From positions 17,964-81,963 of the forward strand of contig JAOABU010000095.1 in NCBI GenBank assembly GCA_026418195.1: DNA of 64,000 nucleotides, read 5' to 3'. The notes beneath the pieces were generated by a model. It did no database searches, was not told the DNA's origin, and worked only from the letters and a program-made list of their open reading frames with translations. Below, piece after piece: positions 9,902-20,691 of the stretch. Every line of letters starts with the position of its first letter. Positions within the stretch are counted from its first letter, which is position 1. The stretch comes from Spirochaetota bacterium. GTDB lineage: Bacteria; Spirochaetota; Spirochaetia; DTKZ01. Position numbers and translations under genes: made by a program.

Positions 9902-10972
9902 ATGTTCGATAAGTTGGAAGCCCTAGAGGCAAGGTATCGGGAACTAGAAATTATGATCAGCGATCCCGATCTTCCCAAGGACCGTAAGAGGTACAAAGAG
10001 GTACTCCAAGAGCATGCCCATCTTTCTAACATCATTCAGGTCTACGAAGAATACAAGAAAATGCGGAAGCGCTTGGAAGAAACTGAAGCTCTACTGGAAC
10101 AAGAGAAGGATCCTGAGCTCCGGATCCTAGCTAAGGAAGAGATGGACCAGATACGTCTTCGCCTGTCCGAGCAAGAGAAGGAGTTAAAGGAACTGTTGGT
10201 TCCTCGGGATCCCCGAGACGACAAGAACGTGATCATGGAGATTCGGGCAGGTACGGGGGGCGAGGAAGCCGCCCTTTTTGCAGCGGATCTGTTTCGAATG
10301 TATACCCGATACGCGGAAGCCAAAGGATGGAAAGTGGAACTGATGGAGGCGAATGAAACGGAATTGGGAGGATTCAAGGAAATCATCTTTTCCGTTTCCG
10401 GTCCAGGTGCCTATGGGGATCTTCGGTATGAAAGTGGCGTTCACCGGGTACAGCGAGTCCCAGTAACGGAAGCAGGGGGGCGGATCCATACGTCAGCTGT
10501 CACAGTCGCGGTTCTCCCTGAGGCGGAGGAGACAGAAGTGGAGATTCGACCAGAGGATCTCCGAATCGATGTGTTCCGCGCGTCTGGAGCAGGGGGGCAG
10601 CATGTGAATAAAACCGAATCTGCCGTACGGATCACCCATCTCCCTACAGGGATCGTGGTGACTTGTCAGGATGAAAAATCGCAGCACAAGAATAAAGCTC
10701 GGGCATTACGGGTTCTTCGAGCCCGGTTGTACGAAATGGAGGAACAGAAGAGGTTGCAGGAGGAATCAGCTATCCGACGGAGCATGGTAGGATCGGGTGA
10801 TCGGTCGGAACGCATCCGGACTTACAATTTCCCCCAGAATCGAGTGACGGATCATCGAATCAACCTTACTCTCTATAAGCTCGATTCAGTGCTGGAAGGG
10901 GATCTGGGGGAGATCATCGAAGGGCTGAAACTATCCGAGCGGGAGGAAGCATACAAGACCCAGCTGCAATGA
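9902..10972 (+). CDS. prfA: Peptide chain release factor 1
   Basis: GGQ motif ([26 protein letters not shown]) and the RF1-type recognition region. Followed by prmC as in the canonical arrangement. Confidence 0.93.
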   Translation: MFDKLEALEARYRELEIMISDPDLPKDRKRYKEVLQEHAHLSNIIQVYEEYKKMRKRLEETEALLEQEKDPELRILAKEEMDQIRLRLSEQEKELKELLVPRDPRDDKNVIMEIRAGTGGEEAALFAADLFRMYTRYAEAKGWKVELMEANETELGGFKEIIFSVSGPGAYGDLRYESGVHRVQRVPVTEAGGRIHTSAVTVAVLPEAEETEVEIRPEDLRIDVFRASGAGGQHVNKTESAVRITHLPTGIVVTCQDEKSQHKNKARALRVLRARLYEMEEQKRLQEESAIRRSMVGSGDRSERIRTYNFPQNRVTDHRINLTLYKLDSVLEGDLGEIIEGLKLSEREEAYKTQLQ

Positions 10973-11826
10973 CCATTCGACAAGCTTTGCTCAATGCCCG
11001 GGATCTGTTTCGTCATCAAGGATTGGAAACTCCCTTCCTTGACGCCGTAGTTCTTCTTTCCGCTTGCACAGGGATGGATAAGGCCAAAATCCTAGCAGCC
11101 TATGGAGAGGAACTTTCCAAAGAAGCGGAGGATTGTTTTCATGAAGCGGTGCATCGTAGACTCTCGGGGCTGCCTGTTTCCTACATTCTCCGACGGAAAG
11201 AGTTCTTTGGCCTGTCTTTCTATGTGGATGAACGAGTGCTAGTCCCCCGACCGGAAACTGAGGTTCTAGTAGAGGCAGCTTTACGTATTATCCGAGAGGA
11301 TTCATCCGTTCGACGGATCCATGATGCTTGTACAGGAACGGGTTGCATTCCCATTAGCTTGGCCGCTCATCTACCAAAAACAATCCCAAGTAGAGAAGTA
11401 GAGTTTTCTGCCTCGGACCTTTCGGAAGATTCTTTAGAGGTGTTCCGAATCAATTGCCTCCGTATCCTAGGGTATACTCTCCCCCATGTAAAGAGTGATC
11501 TGCTTACCAACGTGGAAGGTCCCTTCGATATGATCACGGCTAATCCGCCCTATATCGAGACTTCGGAGGTAAACCGAATGATAGCTTCGGGTTGGCCTGA
11601 ACCGCGACTTGCTTTGGACGGGGGGGAGGATGGGATGAGGTTGATAGAACCTCTAATCGAACAGGCTCTGGAAAGGTTACAAGAAAATGGTTATCTTTTA
11701 TTAGAAGGAGCGGATTCCCAGGCAGAGGCCATCCAGCAAAGGTTATTCTCCCAAGGATACAGTTCAGTTGAGATCCTCCATGATCTAGCAGGGCGTAGGC
11801 GGGTGGTAGTGGGACGCAAAGGATAG
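10969..11826 (+). CDS. prmC: Release-factor glutamine N5-methyltransferase (HemK/PrmC)
   Basis: NPPY motif (ITANPPYIE). Overlaps the prfA stop by 4 nt. Confidence 0.88.
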   Translation: MTIRQALLNARDLFRHQGLETPFLDAVVLLSACTGMDKAKILAAYGEELSKEAEDCFHEAVHRRLSGLPVSYILRRKEFFGLSFYVDERVLVPRPETEVLVEAALRIIREDSSVRRIHDACTGTGCIPISLAAHLPKTIPSREVEFSASDLSEDSLEVFRINCLRILGYTLPHVKSDLLTNVEGPFDMITANPPYIETSEVNRMIASGWPEPRLALDGGEDGMRLIEPLIEQALERLQENGYLLLEGADSQAEAIQQRLFSQGYSSVEILHDLAGRRRVVVGRKG

Positions 11827-11830
11827 AACT

Positions 11831-13861
11831 ATGCACCGTATGGTGGCACGGGTAGAACAGTTTGAGCAGAAATTGACCTTCTACTCCGAAGAAGAGAGAC
11901 AGAAAATTCTAGAAGCAGCCCGATGGGCGATGGAGCTCCACAAAGGTCAGCTTCGGGCTAGTGGGGAACCCTTTTTTATTCATCCATTACAGGTAGCAGA
12001 AATCCTCGTGGATCTTCGGATGGATAGTGAATCGGTGATTGCCGCCTTGCTGCATGATGTATTGGAAGACACCGAAGTGCGAAGGGAAGAATTACGACAG
12101 CGGTTCGGGAAAGAAGTAGAGCAGTTGGTGAACGGTGTCACAAAGATATCCGTATTACGGGCCAAAAGTAAATCTATTCAGCAAGCTGAATCCATCCGAA
12201 AGATGTTGTTTGCCATGGTGAAGGATATTCGGGTCATTCTAATCAAGCTGGCAGACAAACTCCACAACATGCGAACCCTCGAATACCTACCGGAATCAAA
12301 ACGGAAAGAGATTGCCGAAGAGTGCCTCGATATCTATGCACCCTTGGCATCCCGATTGGGGATCGGATGGATCAAGATTGAATTGGAGGACCTATCCCTC
12401 AAGCATCTTCACCGGGATATCTACGATCAAATCAAAGCGTTTGTCGCTGCAAAGAAAGAGCAACGGGGAGAATACCTGCGAAGAATGCAGGATAGGATTA
12501 TCGAGGCCGCGAAGGCTGAAGGGATTCCCGTACAAGTAGAAAGTCGGGCAAAACATTTCTATTCCATCTTCACGAAAATGAAAAAGAGGGGCAAACAATT
12601 AGAAGAAATCTACGACCTCTTGGGGATCCGAATTCTTTGTGAGACACAGAGCGATTGTTATGTCCTGCTAGGAATCGTGCATCGGTTGTGGAAACCTATC
12701 GAAGGACGGTTCAAGGACTACATAGCAATGCCAAAGGCAAACAAGTACCAGAGTCTTCACACCACTGTTATGGGAGATGGGGGAAAATTGATCGAAATCC
12801 AGATCCGTACAGAAGATATGCACCAAACCGCAGAACATGGGATCGCGGCTCATTGGCTCTATAAGCGGGGCACCAGTTCTGAGGTGGTACGAGCCGAAGA
12901 TCTTCCCATCATCAACCGGTTGAAAAGCTGGAACGGTATCCGAATATCTTCTGGCGAGTTCCTCAATGAAATCAAGGGAGAAATTCTAAAGGATTCAATC
13001 TATGTCTTCACTCCTAAAGGAGACGTGATCGAATTACCCAAAGGAGCTACACCCATCGACTTTGCCTACCATATCCATACCGATATCGGTGACCATATCT
13101 ATGCGGCAAAAGCCGATGGGGTAATCATTCCCCTGAAAGCGGAATTGAAGAATACCCAGGTAGTGGAAATACTCACTAGCCCCCAAGCCCATCCCCATCT
13201 TGCCTGGTTACGATACGTAAAAACTGCCCGAGCCAGATCAAAAATCCGTGCGTGGCTTAAAAAAAATGATGCCAGTCTGATTATCGATCGGAATATCGTG
13301 GCTAAAAAGAAGCCCGATATGCCGACACATCCTCAACCCAGACAGAAACCGGAAAAACTCAAGGAAGAGGTAGACCGGAGAGAGGACATCAAGAAAATTG
13401 GGGTGCGGATTGGATCGGATCGTAACATGTTGATCAATCTAGCAGGCTGCTGCAACCCGGTAACTGGTGACGACATCGTGGGTTATGTTTCAAGGGGGCG
13501 AGGCATTATCGTACATAAGAGGGACTGCTCGAATTTAAAGTTTATTCCGGATTTCCAGGAGAGGGCTATTGAGGTGGAGTGGGAAACCGTCTCTCCCAAG
13601 GCAACCCGACAGTTCCAGGTTACTGCTCGACGAACACTGGACCTGTTCTCTGAAATCGAAGGAGCTGTACGAAAGTTCAAGGGGCATCTGATAGCGGGTC
13701 GAGTGGACGAAGATGGGCCTGATAGGTTGATCGCCCATTTTACGATGGAACTAGATCAGAAGGAGGACTTCGGGAAGGTGATCAAGAGTATCCGAACCAT
13801 CCCCTCTATCCTCACCATTCAGGATATGCCTTTAGAAGCACGGGCTGATGACACTGAGTGA
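11831..13861 (+). CDS. rel: Bifunctional (p)ppGpp synthetase/hydrolase, RelA/SpoT family
   Basis: HD hydrolase motif (HDVLEDT), synthetase domain, and TGS domain. 676 aa. Confidence 0.9.
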   Translation: MHRMVARVEQFEQKLTFYSEEERQKILEAARWAMELHKGQLRASGEPFFIHPLQVAEILVDLRMDSESVIAALLHDVLEDTEVRREELRQRFGKEVEQLVNGVTKISVLRAKSKSIQQAESIRKMLFAMVKDIRVILIKLADKLHNMRTLEYLPESKRKEIAEECLDIYAPLASRLGIGWIKIELEDLSLKHLHRDIYDQIKAFVAAKKEQRGEYLRRMQDRIIEAAKAEGIPVQVESRAKHFYSIFTKMKKRGKQLEEIYDLLGIRILCETQSDCYVLLGIVHRLWKPIEGRFKDYIAMPKANKYQSLHTTVMGDGGKLIEIQIRTEDMHQTAEHGIAAHWLYKRGTSSEVVRAEDLPIINRLKSWNGIRISSGEFLNEIKGEILKDSIYVFTPKGDVIELPKGATPIDFAYHIHTDIGDHIYAAKADGVIIPLKAELKNTQVVEILTSPQAHPHLAWLRYVKTARARSKIRAWLKKNDASLIIDRNIVAKKKPDMPTHPQPRQKPEKLKEEVDRREDIKKIGVRIGSDRNMLINLAGCCNPVTGDDIVGYVSRGRGIIVHKRDCSNLKFIPDFQERAIEVEWETVSPKATRQFQVTARRTLDLFSEIEGAVRKFKGHLIAGRVDEDGPDRLIAHFTMELDQKEDFGKVIKSIRTIPSILTIQDMPLEARADDTE

Positions 13862-13894
13862 AGGGTTAGGAGCGATTCTTTATTCCTTCTGAAA

Positions 13895-13907
13895 TGAAAC
13901 TGTTTCA
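13895..13907. promoter_or_regulatory. 13-bp perfect palindrome TGAAACtGTTTCA immediately upstream of the tpx -35 element; candidate operator
   Basis: Perfect 6-1-6 inverted repeat. The loop is too short for an RNA hairpin, so a protein-binding site is more likely. Confidence 0.4.
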
Positions 13908-13917
13908 CTCATAAAAT

Positions 13918-13946
13918 TTGACATTCGTTGGAAGCTTTTCTACATT
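13918..13946 (+). promoter_or_regulatory. Sigma70-type promoter TTGACA-17-TACATT for tpx
   Basis: Perfect -35 hexamer, 17-nt spacer, and 4/6 -10 match about 18 nt upstream of the RBS AGGAGG and the ATG at 13965. Confidence 0.55.
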
Positions 13947-13964
13947 TAAGGTCAGGAGGAAACG

Positions 13965-14465
13965 ATGGCAACCATTACATTGAAAGGAAATCCCATTCAT
14001 ACCTGTGGTCAACTCCCAAAGGTTGGATCAAAAGCCCCCGATTTTGTGCTGGTGAAGGCAGATCTATCCGATGTCACCTTGGCCAGTTTCAAAGGGAAAA
14101 AGAAGATACTGAATATCGTACCTAGCCTCGATACGGGTGTGTGTGCTGCTTCGGCAAAACGGTTCAACGATGAAGTGAAAAAGTTGAAGGATGTGGTGGT
14201 TCTTACCATCAGTATGGATCTTCCCTTTGCCCAAGATCGTTTTTGCAAGCAGGAGCATATCGAGAATGTGATCACCCTTTCCGATATGCGGAAGAAGGAT
14301 TTTGGTAAACGGTATGGTGTTGAGATTGTCGATGGTCCCTTAGCGGGTTTGTTAAGTAGAGCTATTGTGGTGTTGGACGAAAACGATACCGTGGTCTATA
14401 CACAACAGGTTCCCGAGATCGCGCAGGAGCCTGATTACGAGAAAGCTTTGGCAGCTGTACGATGA
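13965..14465 (+). CDS. tpx: Thiol peroxidase (Tpx, atypical 2-Cys peroxiredoxin)
   Basis: N-terminal MATITLKGNPIHTCGQLPKVGSKAPDFVLV and the peroxidatic Cys context (DTGVCA) are classic Tpx. Confidence 0.9.
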   Translation: MATITLKGNPIHTCGQLPKVGSKAPDFVLVKADLSDVTLASFKGKKKILNIVPSLDTGVCAASAKRFNDEVKKLKDVVVLTISMDLPFAQDRFCKQEHIENVITLSDMRKKDFGKRYGVEIVDGPLAGLLSRAIVVLDENDTVVYTQQVPEIAQEPDYEKALAAVR

Positions 14466-14499
14466 GTTCGGGTTGTAGAAGGATTGGTACGGACGGGAA

Positions 14500-14961
14500 T
14501 TGAATCTCCATATCGCCTTGTTAGAACCCGAAATTCCTCAGAATACAGGGAATATAGCCCGAACCTGTGCTGCTTTGGGGGCGGTCCTTCATCTTATCGA
14601 ACCGTTAGGGTTTTCTCTTTCGGATCGGTACCTGAAGCGGGCAGGGCTGGATTATTGGCCTTTTGTACAGATTCAAATACATTCCAACCTGGACGAGTTC
14701 TTAAGAGATTGTAGTGCGGAACATCTGTATTTAGCATCCCGTAGAGGAAAGCGACTCTATACAGAGTATCGTTATCCAGACCCATGTTATTTTCTTTTGG
14801 GGAAAGAATCCACGGGTTTGCCCCAGGAACTTCTGGATCGGTTCTCTGATCGAGTGGTGCGTATCCCTACGAAGGAAGGGGTTCGTTCTCTGAACCTATC
14901 CAGTGCGGCCGCGGTGCTAGCCTACGAGTACGCCCGACAGAAAGGGTTCCAAGGGTTCTAG
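14500..14961 (+). CDS. trmL: tRNA (cytidine/uridine-2'-O)-methyltransferase TrmL (SpoU family)
   Basis: LLEPEIPQNTGNIARTCAALGAVLHLIEP is the TrmL/YibK signature. 153 aa. Confidence 0.85.
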   Translation: MNLHIALLEPEIPQNTGNIARTCAALGAVLHLIEPLGFSLSDRYLKRAGLDYWPFVQIQIHSNLDEFLRDCSAEHLYLASRRGKRLYTEYRYPDPCYFLLGKESTGLPQELLDRFSDRVVRIPTKEGVRSLNLSSAAAVLAYEYARQKGFQGF

Positions 14962-15005
14962 ATAGCTCGATTGAGTGGTTTTCCTGTTTTCGATAGAATA
15001 CACCC

Positions 15006-15821
15006 ATGGAAAACATCGGAATTATTGGGTTTGGGAATATGGGGGAATCCTTCGTCGCAGGGCTTCGGACGAAGTTCCCAGAAATCACGTTTGCAGTAGT
15101 GGAGAAGCTGTCCTCGCGGGCCAAGGTAGCGATAGACCGGTATAGCGCTATGGATTGTACAGGAGATTGGGTACGATTCTTTTCCCATGTGGATATCGTA
15201 ATTCTTGCAGTGAAGCCTCAGGATGCTGAATCCCTATTGCGGGAGATTTCCCCATACTCTCAGGGGAAACGGTTCATTTCCATCATGGCGGGAAAACAGA
15301 TCTCCTTTCTGCAAAAATATCTCCAAACTTCCTACATTTCTCGATTCATGCCCAACCTTGCAGCCATGTATGGAAAGGCGGTGATCGGGGTATCCTTTCC
15401 AGAGGGATCTTCTGCCCCCTCTTCCGAGTTGGAATCCTTTAAGACAGCATGCTTGCAGATTGCAGAAGCTGTAGGAAAGCCGATTCCAATTCCAGAACGG
15501 TTGATGCCCATGATGACAGGACTTTCAGCGTCCGGGATCGCTTTTGTATTCCAATTCATTCATGCCATGGCGTTGGGTGGAGTGAAGACAGGGTTAGGAT
15601 ACCCATCCGCTGTGGAAGCGACCCTTCAAGTTGTGGAAGGAGCTGTCGAGGTGCTTCGGAAAACAGGGGAAATCCCTTCTGCATGGATTACTCGGGTAAC
15701 CTCCCCAGCAGGAACCACGATCGAGGGGTTGCAGGTGTTAGAGGAAACAGCCTTCACAGCGGCTGTCATGGGAGCGGTGGAAGCGGCCAGTAGAAGAGCC
15801 AAGGAGTTGGAAGGAGTATAA
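15006..15821 (+). CDS. proC: Pyrroline-5-carboxylate reductase
   Basis: N-terminal [10 protein letters not shown] Rossmann motif, correct length, and a ProC-type C-terminal dimerisation region. Confidence 0.8.
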   Translation: MENIGIIGFGNMGESFVAGLRTKFPEITFAVVEKLSSRAKVAIDRYSAMDCTGDWVRFFSHVDIVILAVKPQDAESLLREISPYSQGKRFISIMAGKQISFLQKYLQTSYISRFMPNLAAMYGKAVIGVSFPEGSSAPSSELESFKTACLQIAEAVGKPIPIPERLMPMMTGLSASGIAFVFQFIHAMALGGVKTGLGYPSAVEATLQVVEGAVEVLRKTGEIPSAWITRVTSPAGTTIEGLQVLEETAFTAAVMGAVEAASRRAKELEGV

Positions 15822-15826
15822 CGAAG

Positions 15827-17104
15827 ATGGTGGATCTGAAATTCATAAAGGAAAACCTGGAAGCGGTGAAGGAGAATATTCGCCACCGCTATATGCAGGC
15901 GGATGCGGAACTGGTGGTTCGACTGTACGATGAACGCAACGCTCTCATTGCGCAAGTAGACTCCCTCAGAGCCCAACGGAACGAGAATGCTCAGAGGATG
16001 AAGGGAAAGCTATCCCCGGAAGAGCGAGCCAATTTGATTGAGGAGGGAAAGTCGTTAAAGACCAGAATCGCTGAGCTGGAAGAGAAACTGGCAGAGAAGG
16101 AGAAGGAACTCTATCGAGAAGCGGCAAAAATTCCGAACATGGCTCATCCGGACGCTCCTCGGGGCAAGGAGGACAAGGACAATCTAGAGATCCGCCGGGT
16201 GGGTACCATTCCTAAGTTCAACTTTAAACCGAAGGATCACGTAGAATTGGGAGAACTGTTGGATATTGTGGATTTCGATACTGCCACCCGGGTTGCAGGA
16301 ACGAAGTTTTACTATTTAAAGAACGAGGCGGTGTTCCTCGAACTAGGCTTGGTTCGGTACGCCTTCGATATTTTAATGAAGCACGGATTTCAACCTTTCA
16401 TCACTCCGGATATTGCTAAAGAGGAGATCGTGGAAGGCATCGGATTCAATCCCCGAGGCCCGGAGAGCAACATCTATACGATCGAAGGTACAGGTACGTG
16501 TTTGGTGGGAACGGCGGAGATCACCCTGGGAGGGTATTTTGCCGATACGATCCTGGATATCTCCCAATTACCCATCTGTATGGCCGGTCTTTCCCACTGT
16601 TTTCGCCGGGAGGCAGGAGCTGCAGGTCAGTTCTCCAAGGGACTGTATCGGGTTCATCAGTTTACCAAGGTTGAAATGTTCGTTTACTGTAAACCGGAAG
16701 AGTCGGATACCTGGCACCAGCGTTTATTGGCCATCGAGGAGGAAATCTTCTCGGGATTGGAGATCCCGTATCGGGTCGTAGATACTTGTACGGGGGATCT
16801 TGGAGCTCCGGCTTACCGAAAGTTTGACTTGGAGGCCTGGATGCCCGGACGTGGGGAAGGGGGAGAATGGGGAGAGGTGACTAGCACCTCCAACTGCACC
16901 GATTATCAGGCCCGTCGACTAGGGATCCGATACAAGGAAGAGGGAAAGAATCGGTTCGTGCATATGCTGAATGGCACAGCTATTGCGGTATCACGTGGCA
17001 TCATCGCGATTCTAGAGAATTTCCAAGAATCGGATGGCTCCATTCGGATTCCTAAACAGCTTGTGCCGTATACGGGGTTCGATCGGATTCGCCCCAAGAA
17101 GTAG
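15827..17104 (+). CDS. serS: Seryl-tRNA synthetase
   Basis: N-terminal coiled-coil arm plus class II aaRS motifs. 425 aa. Confidence 0.93.
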   Translation: MVDLKFIKENLEAVKENIRHRYMQADAELVVRLYDERNALIAQVDSLRAQRNENAQRMKGKLSPEERANLIEEGKSLKTRIAELEEKLAEKEKELYREAAKIPNMAHPDAPRGKEDKDNLEIRRVGTIPKFNFKPKDHVELGELLDIVDFDTATRVAGTKFYYLKNEAVFLELGLVRYAFDILMKHGFQPFITPDIAKEEIVEGIGFNPRGPESNIYTIEGTGTCLVGTAEITLGGYFADTILDISQLPICMAGLSHCFRREAGAAGQFSKGLYRVHQFTKVEMFVYCKPEESDTWHQRLLAIEEEIFSGLEIPYRVVDTCTGDLGAPAYRKFDLEAWMPGRGEGGEWGEVTSTSNCTDYQARRLGIRYKEEGKNRFVHMLNGTAIAVSRGIIAILENFQESDGSIRIPKQLVPYTGFDRIRPKK

Positions 17105-17105
17105 T

Positions 17106-18233
17106 ATGCAAAAACCGATTGTTCTAGCAGAAATTGGAACCTCCCATGGGGGAGATCTAGGAAAAGCAAGGGAACTGATCGCAGCTGCTTCTGAAGCGGG
17201 TGCAGATGCTGCGAAGTTTCAGCTAGTGTATGCAGAGGAAATCCTACATCCAAACAGTGGGTTTGTAGATCTTCCAGGTGGTCGAATTCCCCTTTTTGAA
17301 CGATTCAAAGCTTTAGAGCGCCCCCTGGAGTTCTATGCGGCTCTGAAAGAGGAAACCGAAGCGAGAGGGATGTGGTTCGTCTGCTCTCCCTTCGGAATCC
17401 GGAGTGCTGGAATCCTCCACCAGATGGGAACAAAAGTCTTCAAGATTGCTTCACCAGAGCTGAATCACTACCCACTATTGGAAGAGGTATCGAGTTACCA
17501 TGTGCCCGTGTTGATGTCTACCGGAGTATCTACCTTAGGGGATATAGAGCGAGCGATTGCTACCTTTCAAGACCATAAGCCGGGGATGGATGTAAAGAGT
17601 CCGTTAAAAACTCCCTTTTCACCCCTTACCCTCCTACACTGCATCACTGCCTACCCTGCGCCGGAGGAGGAGTACAACCTTTCCCTCTTGCCTAATCTCG
17701 AAGGAATCTTTGGCCTTCCCGTAGGGGTCTCAGATCATAGTAAGGATCCAGTCTTGGTTCCAGTGCTGGCAGTACTGCAAGGGGCGAAAGTGATCGAGAA
17801 GCATTTTACCCTGGATCCGAAGGGTTCTGGTTTGGACGATCCTATCGCTTTGGATCCAAAGACCTTCCAAACGATGGTGATGGAGGTACGCTCTGCGTTC
17901 TTGGAGATCAGGGCAGGAAGGAGAACCCATGTGATCGAGGCGTTGGAAGCTAAGTATGGAAAAGAGAAGGTTTGGAAAGTCCTGGGTGATGGGGTGAAGC
18001 GTCTAGCCCCGTCCGAGATGAATAACTATCGAACTACCAACCGCTCGATTCATGCAATTACGGATCTTCGTAGCGGAGAGTTGCTAACAGAAAAAAACTG
18101 CGCCCTCCTTCGCACAGAAAAGAATCTGAAACCAGGATTGAGCCCTGAGTTCTGGAGAGTGGTATTAGGGAAGCGCTTGGTGCGAGATGTAAACGCAGGG
18201 GAAGGAATCCAGTGGGAGGATTTGTTAACCTAA
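17106..18233 (+). CDS. NeuB/PseI/SpsE-family sialic-acid-type (nonulosonate) synthase homologue with C-terminal SAF domain
   Basis: IAEIGTSHGGDLGKARELIAAASEAGADAAKFQ is the NeuB TIM-barrel signature. The C-terminal SAF/antifreeze-like domain is present. Start moved to the ATG at 17106, just after the serS stop. Confidence 0.8.
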   Translation: MQKPIVLAEIGTSHGGDLGKARELIAAASEAGADAAKFQLVYAEEILHPNSGFVDLPGGRIPLFERFKALERPLEFYAALKEETEARGMWFVCSPFGIRSAGILHQMGTKVFKIASPELNHYPLLEEVSSYHVPVLMSTGVSTLGDIERAIATFQDHKPGMDVKSPLKTPFSPLTLLHCITAYPAPEEEYNLSLLPNLEGIFGLPVGVSDHSKDPVLVPVLAVLQGAKVIEKHFTLDPKGSGLDDPIALDPKTFQTMVMEVRSAFLEIRAGRRTHVIEALEAKYGKEKVWKVLGDGVKRLAPSEMNNYRTTNRSIHAITDLRSGELLTEKNCALLRTEKNLKPGLSPEFWRVVLGKRLVRDVNAGEGIQWEDLLT

Positions 18234-18271
18234 ATGAATGGTCCGTGGGATGTATTGAATTGATATGACTT

Positions 18272-18287
18272 TTGCAATAGAATTAGG
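18272..18287. promoter_or_regulatory. Inverted repeat ATTAGG-cgct-CCTAAT about 45 nt upstream of feoB; candidate metalloregulator operator
   Basis: Perfect 6-4-6 palindrome in an AT-rich leader. Confidence 0.3.
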
Positions 18288-18332
18288 CGCTCCTAATAAA
18301 AAATTATATTCCTAAGTAGAGGAGCTCCCAAG

Positions 18333-20645
18333 ATGGGTGAAAAGATTCTTAAGGGTTATGACTATATAGTTGCTATTGTGGGGAATCCCAACAGTGGGAA
18401 GACCACTCTGTTCAACCTGTTGACCGGTGCCAATCAGAGGGTTGGGAATTGGCCTGGAGTGACGGTGGAGAAGAAGGAGGGAACCTTTCCATGTGGGGAC
18501 AAACGGGTGAACCTGGTGGATCTACCGGGTATCTATTCGGTCTCTGCAACTTCTGAGGATGAACGAGTTGCAAGGGACTACCTCCTGTCCGGTGAAGCGG
18601 ACCTCGTGATCGATATCGTTGATGCATCGAATCTCGAACGCAACCTGTACCTCACGCTCCAGCTCATAGAGATGGGGCTTCCTGTACTCCTGGTATTGAA
18701 CATGATGGATATCGCCGAGGAATCAGGAATTCGGATTGATCTGGATCATCTTTCCAAGCATCTTCAACTTCCTATTGTCGGTGTGACGGGCACGAATCCT
18801 GAATCCCGGGATGTGATCCTCCAACAAATCATACCCTTATTGGAAAATCCCCCACGATCTTCCTTTCAAGTTTCCTATGGGAACGAACTGGAGGATGCAA
18901 TAGCGAGGTTGCAGCCTGCTCTGGAACCGTTGGGTCGAAAACTTCACGTTACCTCTCGATACGCTACGTTAAAATTAATCGAAGGGGATCCCTATTTGGA
19001 ATCCCTTGTGCTGGAAGAAGGGTTGGTAGACTGGAAAACTCTAGAAAAGGAAAAGGAACGAATTCGACTTGTCCTGAAGGATGAAGCGGATATTGTAATT
19101 GCCCATGCCCGGTATGGTGCCATCCATGGGATCGTGAAGGATGTTACACGAAAGATCAGACAAAAAGTAAGTCTTACAGAAAAGATCGACCGGATCGCTT
19201 TGCACAAAGTGTTCGGGATCCCTCTATTCCTCTTCGCTATGTACCTCGTCTTCTTGCTCACCATGAAAGTAGGCGGAGCCTTTATCGACTTTTTCGATAT
19301 TTTTTTCGGTGCTGTGTTTGTGGAAGGCGGCATGGCGATCCTTCAATGGGCAGGAGCTCCTCCTTGGGTAATTGCGGCTCTTGCGGGAGGGTTGGGTACG
19401 GGTATCCAGACGGTTGCTACTTTCATTCCTGTGATCTTTACCTTATTCTTTGCCCTCTCCATCCTGGAGGATTCTGGATACATGTCACGAGCCGCTTTCG
19501 TGATGGATCGATTCATGAAATCTATTGGCTTGCCAGGGAAAGCTTTTGTACCTTTACTGGTAGGATTTGGATGCACTGTACCCGCTATCCTGGGCACCCG
19601 TACCCTGGACAATCGGCGAGACCGATTGATGACCATATTCATGAGCCCCTTTATGTCCTGCGGTGCTCGGTTGCCTGTGTATGCTTTGTTTGCCGCTGCT
19701 TTCTTCTCCGAATCCGCAGGTGTAGTTGTATTTTCCCTGTACCTAATAGGGATTCTCTATGCCATCCTTACCGGCCTTTTATTAAAGGCCACTGTGTTCC
19801 ATGGTGAGCCAGCCCATTTCATTATGGAACTTCCTCCCTATCATCGGCCTAGACTGAGACATATTCTGATTCACACTTGGTTACGGTTAAAGATCTTTCT
19901 TTTTCGAGCGGGTAAGGTTATTCTAGGCATGGTGCTCGTACTCGGCTTGTTGAACTCCCTTGGATTCGGAGAAAAAGGGATCGGCTTCGGGTATGAACAC
20001 ACGGAGCAGTCCCTCCTCGCTCAAGTAGGGAAAAAAATTACCCCCGTCTTCGAACCCATGGGAGTGAGAAGAGAGAACTGGCCTGCCACAGTAGGGTTGT
20101 TCACTGGGATTCTAGCGAAAGAATCTGTGGTGGGAACCCTTAACAGTCTGTATGGGCAAACTCAGGTGGTGATGGACAAAGAGAAAAAAGAGTTCCATCT
20201 ATGGGGAAGAATCCGTGAAGCGTTTGAGTCCATTATTACGAACCTTGCTGCCATTGGAGAGGCAATCCTGGATCCCATCGGGTGGAAAACGGTGGAAGCA
20301 GCGGGTGATTCTGCCAAACAGGAAAAAGAGGGGGGGGCTGATGTTTTTACCCGGCTTCGGAGTTCATTTTCTCCCGTAGGTGCCTTTGCCTATCTCCTGT
20401 TTGTACTCCTGTATTTCCCCTGTGTCGCTGCTCAAGGAGCGGCCATTCGAGAATTAGGAAAGAGAGCAGGGATCGCCCTAGCCCTCTACATGACCCTTCT
20501 TGCCTGGGCAACGGCAGTATTGTACTATCAGGTTCTGGAAGGTGGGAATTGGGCTTGGATGAGTGTTGCACTAGGGATCGTTTTCCTTATCTGGGTGGTT
20601 TTTGCCCGTTTTGGGAAAAAACTTCTTTCCTTGCAGGGAGACTGA
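18333..20645 (+). CDS. feoB: Ferrous iron transporter FeoB
   Basis: N-terminal G-protein domain (GNPNSGKTTLFN) followed by a polytopic permease. 770 aa. Confidence 0.93.
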   Translation: MGEKILKGYDYIVAIVGNPNSGKTTLFNLLTGANQRVGNWPGVTVEKKEGTFPCGDKRVNLVDLPGIYSVSATSEDERVARDYLLSGEADLVIDIVDASNLERNLYLTLQLIEMGLPVLLVLNMMDIAEESGIRIDLDHLSKHLQLPIVGVTGTNPESRDVILQQIIPLLENPPRSSFQVSYGNELEDAIARLQPALEPLGRKLHVTSRYATLKLIEGDPYLESLVLEEGLVDWKTLEKEKERIRLVLKDEADIVIAHARYGAIHGIVKDVTRKIRQKVSLTEKIDRIALHKVFGIPLFLFAMYLVFLLTMKVGGAFIDFFDIFFGAVFVEGGMAILQWAGAPPWVIAALAGGLGTGIQTVATFIPVIFTLFFALSILEDSGYMSRAAFVMDRFMKSIGLPGKAFVPLLVGFGCTVPAILGTRTLDNRRDRLMTIFMSPFMSCGARLPVYALFAAAFFSESAGVVVFSLYLIGILYAILTGLLLKATVFHGEPAHFIMELPPYHRPRLRHILIHTWLRLKIFLFRAGKVILGMVLVLGLLNSLGFGEKGIGFGYEHTEQSLLAQVGKKITPVFEPMGVRRENWPATVGLFTGILAKESVVGTLNSLYGQTQVVMDKEKKEFHLWGRIREAFESIITNLAAIGEAILDPIGWKTVEAAGDSAKQEKEGGADVFTRLRSSFSPVGAFAYLLFVLLYFPCVAAQGAAIRELGKRAGIALALYMTLLAWATAVLYYQVLEGGNWAWMSVALGIVFLIWVVFARFGKKLLSLQGD

Positions 20646-20691
20646 AGCTCATACATCATTCGGAAGTCCTCAGAAGAATGGGAGGTAGAGT

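Noticed and set aside
14484-14714. ORF 14484-14714 (+) overlapping the start of trmL in another frame
   Set aside because: The trmL frame carries the complete SpoU-family signature from its own ATG at 14500. The alternative frame has no features.
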